From the NCBI RefSeq assembly GCF_009914755.1, contig NC_060927.1: 64,000 bases of DNA. One strand, given 5' to 3'. This DNA comes from the human T2T-CHM13v2.0 reference genome, Homo sapiens. The notes beneath the pieces are model-generated. The model had not been told where the DNA came from and did not search any database. It was given only the letters and a program-made list of their open reading frames with translations. Positions 43,507 to 64,000 of the stretch are shown in pieces; within the stretch, counting starts at the first letter, position 1; each line of letters opens with the position of its first letter. Both the position numbers and the translations under genes were made by a program.

Positions 43507-44136
43507 TTATTTTTCCTGCTGCATTATCTAGTAGGCTAAACTATTATTTTCATTCCAAGGTTTTGAATGCCGAGGTAATGGACAAGATTGGGATTATTAA
43601 ATATTTAGTTTGTTGATCGGGTTGTTTTATATTTTTTCCTATTTGACTAAAATTAATGTGTAATAACAGTTCCTAACACTAAGTGTTTAAAATGTGGCAA
43701 ACATTATTCTTGAGCAGTTTTACATATATAATTTTATTTAATTCTTAACAAGAGGTTGGCTGTGTTTCATTTAGGAACTTTGAATTTTTCCACTATTAGT
43801 TTTGATTCCTTGAAATATCCTTGCCCATTTCTATTTTACAGAAGAAATGAATAAAGCATATTAAATGACTGACTGAAGGTTTATTCACAGCAAAGTTAGA
43901 GCTTGGACTAGTCCTTAAGACTTGGGATCCTGAGCTTTATTCTGGTGCCTTTAAGGTTTTGAGGGAAATTTAGTTAACAGTGTAGTTTAAGACATTGGTT
44001 AAGCCTAATGAAGATAATAATTTTAGACTCATTTATGGTAGTTTGCTGCTTGCTGCTTCCAGAAGACCAGCACTTTGAAATTTCTTGCCAGTGGCTGCTA
44101 GATAAGTTTATATTCTTCAGGTGTAGTTATTAACTG

Positions 44137-46778
<2,642 letters not shown>

Positions 46779-47033
46779 TGACATGCGTATATAGTTTATG
46801 TAATCAAAGTATTGCTTTTGGATTAAAAAAAGTCCTGAAACTCAGTAAGTTGTTCGAAATGAAACAACTTAATTATTTTACAATTATAAAATATGTAATA
46901 TATTAATACATTTTAATGTTAATAAGTTGTAGTATCTTGTAAATTATAAATAATTTGAAATGAGACAACTTAATTAAATATAGCTAATAACTCTTTCTTA
47001 CTCAAGTCGCCATAAGAAATATATTTGATTTTA

Positions 47034-47367
47034 GGCCAGGCGCGGTGGCTCATGCCTGTAATCCCAGCACTTTGGGAGGCTGAGTTGGGTGGATCACCTG
47101 AGGTCAGGGGTTCGGGACCAGCCTGGCCAATATGGTGAAACGCCATCTCTACTGAAAATACAAAAGTTAGCAGGGGATGGTGGCACACGCCTGTAATCCC
47201 AGCTACTTGGGAGGCTGAGGCAGGCTTGAACCCAGGAGGTGGAGGTTTCAGTGAGCCGAGTTCACACTGCCCTTCATCCTGGGTGACAGAGTGAAACTCT
47301 GTCTCAAAACACACACACACACACACACACAGACACACAGACACACACACACACACACACACACACT
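47034..47367 (+). mobile_element. Alu with a (CA)n microsatellite tail (47309-47367)
   Basis: The A tail is replaced by an interrupted CA repeat. Confidence 0.9.
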
Positions 47368-47744
47368 TGATTTTAGATCTGCCTATGTTGTTCTACAGAA
47401 TGTTGTCAAGTTACTTACCTGATACGAGCTTTTTGTGTTTTTTATTGGAATAATCATTATTTTACTTTAAACTGTATAAATACATGCAAACATCACATTC
47501 CTGATTCTTTTTCACATCTTCAGTGGATATTCAGCAAAATCAGAAGTAGATCAAATATATGTAAACAAAAATAGAAAATTAAAATAAATTTGATCTAATT
47601 CTAATTTTGTTGAATATTACGTTTGTATGAAAAAAAGATCAACAGGCAAATTAATCATTTGTAAATAAAATTTGAAGAGTAATGTTTACTTAAGATTATT
47701 TTCAAACATATTGGAAGTGGTCATTTGTTGTAGGTGATTCTTCA

Positions 47745-50425
<2,681 letters not shown>

Positions 50426-50595
50426 TAGAACTTGTTTGAGAATAGCTTTGGTAATAGCTTGAATCTGTATTTTGTTCACATATAGAATTTTATTCTACTG
50501 GGATTCATATTACATAAAATAAGGATTTTATTAGACTCTAGAAAGCAAAAGAATATATAAACAATGCATCTTGTTGTAAGATGTGATTTGCTTCC

Positions 50596-50930
<335 letters not shown>

Positions 50931-51033
50931 TTAGGCAGAAAGAATGAATAGGAAAGATATAAAATTAGTTTGAGTCCTTTTGATTTCATGACTTCTAGAC
51001 TTAAGAGTGGATCATAGAAATATGTAATATTTC

Positions 51034-51095
51034 TATATATACATATATATGTATATATACAGAGAGAGAGAGAGAGAGAGCCCCCCCCCCCCCCC
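51034..51095. repeat. Compound microsatellite: (TA/CA)-rich, then (AG)10, then C15
   Basis: Read directly. Confidence 0.9.
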
Positions 51096-51384
51096 GAGCA
51101 GGAGTTCATCTTATAGTCTTACAGTCTTCTTATATCTTACAGTCTTCGAATCTAGAATGTGGTAGATGCCTAATAAAGGTTTGGATAACAGTGAAGTCTA
51201 AGTGGCCCTATAAAGTTACCAGTGATTCTCGAAGAGGGAAACAGGTTTAGTTTTAAAACAAACCAGCATTTCGTTTTTATTTGTGATGTTGAATTTATTT
51301 TGAGATTTCAAATGGCATTAAAAGTACATATTTTGCATTTTTTATGGGAACAAGGAATTAAAAAGCTTAAGAAACTTACTAAAA

Positions 51385-52170
<786 letters not shown>

Positions 52171-53628
52171 GGAGTAGTTACTGGAATAATACTTTTGGAC
52201 CAATTTTAAGACAGTTCATTTAGAGCAGTGTTTTTCTAACTGCAATTTGTCATTCATGTAGCCATCTCAAGCAGGGTTCCATAAGGGGAGATTTAAGCAC
52301 TACAGAAAATGAATTGAGTGCTGGTTTTGTCATTTCTCCCAGTGATCGTACTGGTACCATTCTAAATGCACTGGAGAGAAGGTAATTCATTACATACAAT
52401 GGATGCCTTGGGGCATTTTAAATTCTCCTGAGAACCTCAATTGAAAACCGCCAGGAGGGTCATGAAATCAATTTAGTGGGTCACCAGCATTAAAAAACAT
52501 AAAAACCTGAAGTAGAATAAAATGGAAAATAGAGGACATTGCACATAGGAAGATTAATCAATCTCTGTTTTGAAATTGCCAGTTTACATTATTTGAAGGC
52601 CAGAATAATCCAGGACTGTAAATTGTTAAGCATATATGCTAAAATGAGATAGAAAAGTAAAGCCTTAGAATTATACAGATTAAAATTTTTGACAAATAGT
52701 GGAAAATAATGTGTATGACACTGAGATTTCCATGTAGTTGCAGTATTAAGTTTATTGGGCATCACAGACCTTCAGTATAAAATGTCACAGGATTAACAGG
52801 ATTTTTATCAGTGTATTTTTCTTCAAGTTCTAAAGGGGATGTTATATTACCAACTTTGCATGGCTTTGTTTCCATTAAGGACTCAAAATAATAGTTGCAA
52901 AATATTACAAGAACTCGAGCCTTTGCATTTTCTGTGAGCATTTTTAAGTATCTCAAACCTAAAATTGGCTTTGTGAGGTAGGTGGTATGATCTTTCAGCC
53001 TGTGGAAACAGCTGCCATTGCTGTGACTCCTGACGATCTGTTTTTGATCAGTTAGTGCAGATGCTTAGATCATACTGTCCCAGTTTTGCATTAATTTGAT
53101 CAATTCTATTGATTACAGAGAAGTGAGGCCCAAGACTAAGCCTTGAAATCTCTAAGTAGCTATTTGCTACCTTGTAACACTGTTCTGTTTCATTTATTGA
53201 AACACTAACTCACAACATGTTGGAAGTATTAAGGAAACCTGATAGTGTACTGAGGGATTCTGTTTCTTTTGGTAAGAGTTGTTGGCAGCTATCTGGTAGG
53301 GTGTCTTTATACTTCTGAAATCATTTATTGACCACTTGAATGTCTTAGTATTATACACAGCAAAAAGACCCTGATGAGATATATTCACTTCCTGTGTATC
53401 CAGTCATATGTTTAGTAAGGTTGCTAATGATTTATTTTGGGTCAGAACAAAGTAATGTGCATTTCATATGCATTATATTTTATTTCTTGTGTAAATAGGC
53501 CATTAGGGAGATAGACTATTAAATTTACCAACCTACACTACTGCTTCTGTCTTATGAACACAAATTTAAAAATTAATCTTTATCACTTATAGCACTTTAA
53601 AAATTCTGTTTTTAGAAATAATTTTCAA

Positions 53629-54537
<909 letters not shown>

Positions 54538-56211
54538 GTCTAAGAATTTTAAAGGGTTTTTTTTGGTACAAATTCGAATACTTGTATGAATAATGCTGAG
54601 CAGGTGGAATAGCTTTTGTATTTAGAAAGGAGTGACAAGAAGTTTTTTGTAAATGAAATCAAGCTCTCTAAATTATTTTTCATTATGAGACTGATTAGCA
54701 TCGTATCACTAAAATAGAGTGGTTCTTCATTAGGAAATCTGATTATCAAAGGGTCATGTATACAGAATAAGCATAGGAAGGTGCAGAAATTTAGAGAAAC
54801 TTTCATAAAATGTTTCTTAGTTTTTACTTATTTTATATTTTTTTACTGTATATTTTGGAATTGTTTAAATTGTACATTCATAGACATTTGGAGTTTTATG
54901 ACCTAAGAGAAAGAACCTTTGGAATGAAATTTTTGTGTCTGAAATTTTGCTTATGTGTTTGAAATGAGGATGCTATCTGTTCATTTTGGGGTAAATAATG
55001 ATGGGGAAATTGGGTGATAAGAGCATTTTGAAATGTTAAGGCTCTAACTTAAGCTACTAAATGATCCACTTCTTTGGCAAGTTATATAATGTATTGTATT
55101 TTAAAATTTAAATACACATAAAAATAAATGATTCCTATGTTGAAAGGTAAGATACCAGGCAGTAGATACTCATAATTTGGTATCTAATTTTTATTCCTGA
55201 TTAGTAGCATTACTGCTGAACCATTTAATTATATTGTTCTTTTTTTGAAAACCTAATTTGTATGTTGACACAAATGCAGAATAGATGAGAAAATCTGGCA
55301 TGCCTCTGAATGTTTTGTTGTATCATAAACATTGTGCTTTTCTTAATTGTTTTTAACATACAGTTAGGATAATTTGTTATAAATGTGTTTATGGCTTACC
55401 ACAGCATATTAGGTAAAATTAGCTTGCAACATTTTATCATGGTTAGTGTTGTGCGTGTCCCCATCATTTGTATTGTTTAATTTATATCTCTGAAAAATGC
55501 AGCCTTAGAAACTGTTGGGCTTCCTTGGTGCTTCATGGAGTAGAGGGATATCAAACGTGAAAGAGACCAAGAGTTTTGTGGTAGCAGAATAACCTTGTAA
55601 AAGGCTACCTTGGGAATTAATGAGCTGCACTGTCATTCAGAATTCATTCAACAAATAATAGATATTTGATAGATGAGTCCCTACTACATGCTAGGCATAT
55701 AGTGCTAGGTATTAAAAATACAAAGGTAAGGCTGGTTCTTGACCTCAAGCTGCTGTTTAAGCAGAGGCTGCGTAGCCACTTAACAGGGATTTTAAATAGG
55801 GAATTCAGACATTGGCTAGGGGACTATGCTAGGTGATCTTTAAGATTCCTTAGAAGCTCTAGTCTGACTCTTACTGGGTTGGTCAAGACTAGGAAATAAA
55901 ATAAAGAATAGGAGCTAAGAGGGATGACTGTTTAAAAATAAAGGAATGTGCTAGCAGTTATTTAAGGTGGCACCTGAAGTTTAGAGACACAGAAATAAAT
56001 AGATGCTAGGTTTGGCTCATGAGTAAAGATAAAACTTACTCTTATAAATCAAACTGTAGGGTTTTGAAATGAACTTGATCAAAATTGAGTCAGATTTCAA
56101 GTCAAGGTCTTTGAGCAAATTTAGAATTTGCTTGATATTCTGAAGATTTGAGATTCCAGTATTCATTATAGGAAAAACTTTGAAATATATAAATCAATTT
56201 TAGTAATTTTA

Positions 56212-60591
<4,380 letters not shown>

Positions 60592-60599
60592 CCTCTTCA

Positions 60600-60730
60600 A
60601 TTTCTGAACGTCAGTTGTTTTCTCATCTGTAAAATGGTAATGATACCTATTTAATGGGGGATATTTGTTAGAATTAAGAATGATGTATAAAGTTCTCAGC
60701 CGGTAGATGTTCATTAAGTTACCAGTTACC
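60600..60730 (+). mobile_element. MIR fragment
   Basis: ttctcatctgtaaaatggtaatgatacct. Confidence 0.55.
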
Positions 60731-61008
60731 TTTCTCCTTATTTTTCTTTATTTTTAGTTATAGCTCATCTTTAAGTATTAAAAAATCCTTTTTATATTTA
60801 TTAGGAAATATAGTTTAATGACAAGTGTTAGCAAACTATGTGGTTTTGGATTTAATTTGGCAAAGTATTGCTGTAGAATGGTATCTAGCTAATATGCTAA
60901 CAAATACTGTAGGGATAGGGTATAGTCTAGCCGATTGTAGTACAGGAATAAGAATCAATTTTCCAGTGCTATACCTTTATAGAGTTCTATTATTTAAAAT
61001 GGATTTCT

Positions 61009-63671
<2,663 letters not shown>

Positions 63672-64000
63672 TGCAACTTTGATATTTTAAAAAGAAATTC
63701 TTTTGAAACTAAGAGCTTTCTTAATAACCGTACTTCTCAAAATCAGAGTTTTACTGTTTCAATAAATGTTCACCCTAGATTGTAAGTTTTTTGTTGTTGA
63801 GCCCTAGATTTTTTTCTACTAGTGTAAATCTGTATTCCCTCCAAGTATGGTGATAAGGGGACTGAGTCTTATTTACATTTGTACAATCACTACTTTACCT
63901 GTTGTATTTGCAGTAAGTCTTTTGAGCCCTATTAAACCTGTCAATTTTCTTGTCCTGTCAGAAAACTGAGATTTTGGCTCAAAAATGGATGTTATTAACA

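Noticed and set aside
47411-47421. ttacttacctg resembling the U1 snRNA 5' end
   Set aside because: Only ~10 nt match, with no U1 body downstream.

Overview
Primate (human-type) genomic DNA containing the 5' part of SKIL (SnoN, a SMAD co-repressor) on the + strand. The gene elements are a CpG-island promoter (~37.3-39.1 kb), a non-coding exon 1 ending at 38415, a 1731-nt exon 2 (40352-42082; ATG at 40985; 366 codons; GC-type donor) and a 98-nt exon 3 (61894-61991); the gene continues past the window. The upstream 37 kb is intergenic and repeat-rich: the 5' end of one MER41A-type ERV1 provirus (1-1472), a second near-complete non-coding MER41 provirus (~15051-24844, minus strand), a solo LTR12/ERV9 LTR pointing toward SKIL (7916-9530), a truncated L1PA, DNA-transposon relics and about 60 Alus across the whole window. 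Almost every ORF in the supplied track is an Alu, LTR, L1 or GC-content artefact. Best leads: (1) several routes to truncated SnoN proteins around exon 2/3, including an exon-2 circle whose back-splice junction would end a 368-aa ORF; (2) the LTR12, whose poly(A) signal is mutated and which has a strong donor just downstream, so it could act as an alternative SKIL promoter; (3) a decayed tRNA-Glu-like sequence inside the MER41 internal region. Repeat family names come from recalled consensus sequences, not a search, and repeat boundaries are approximate.
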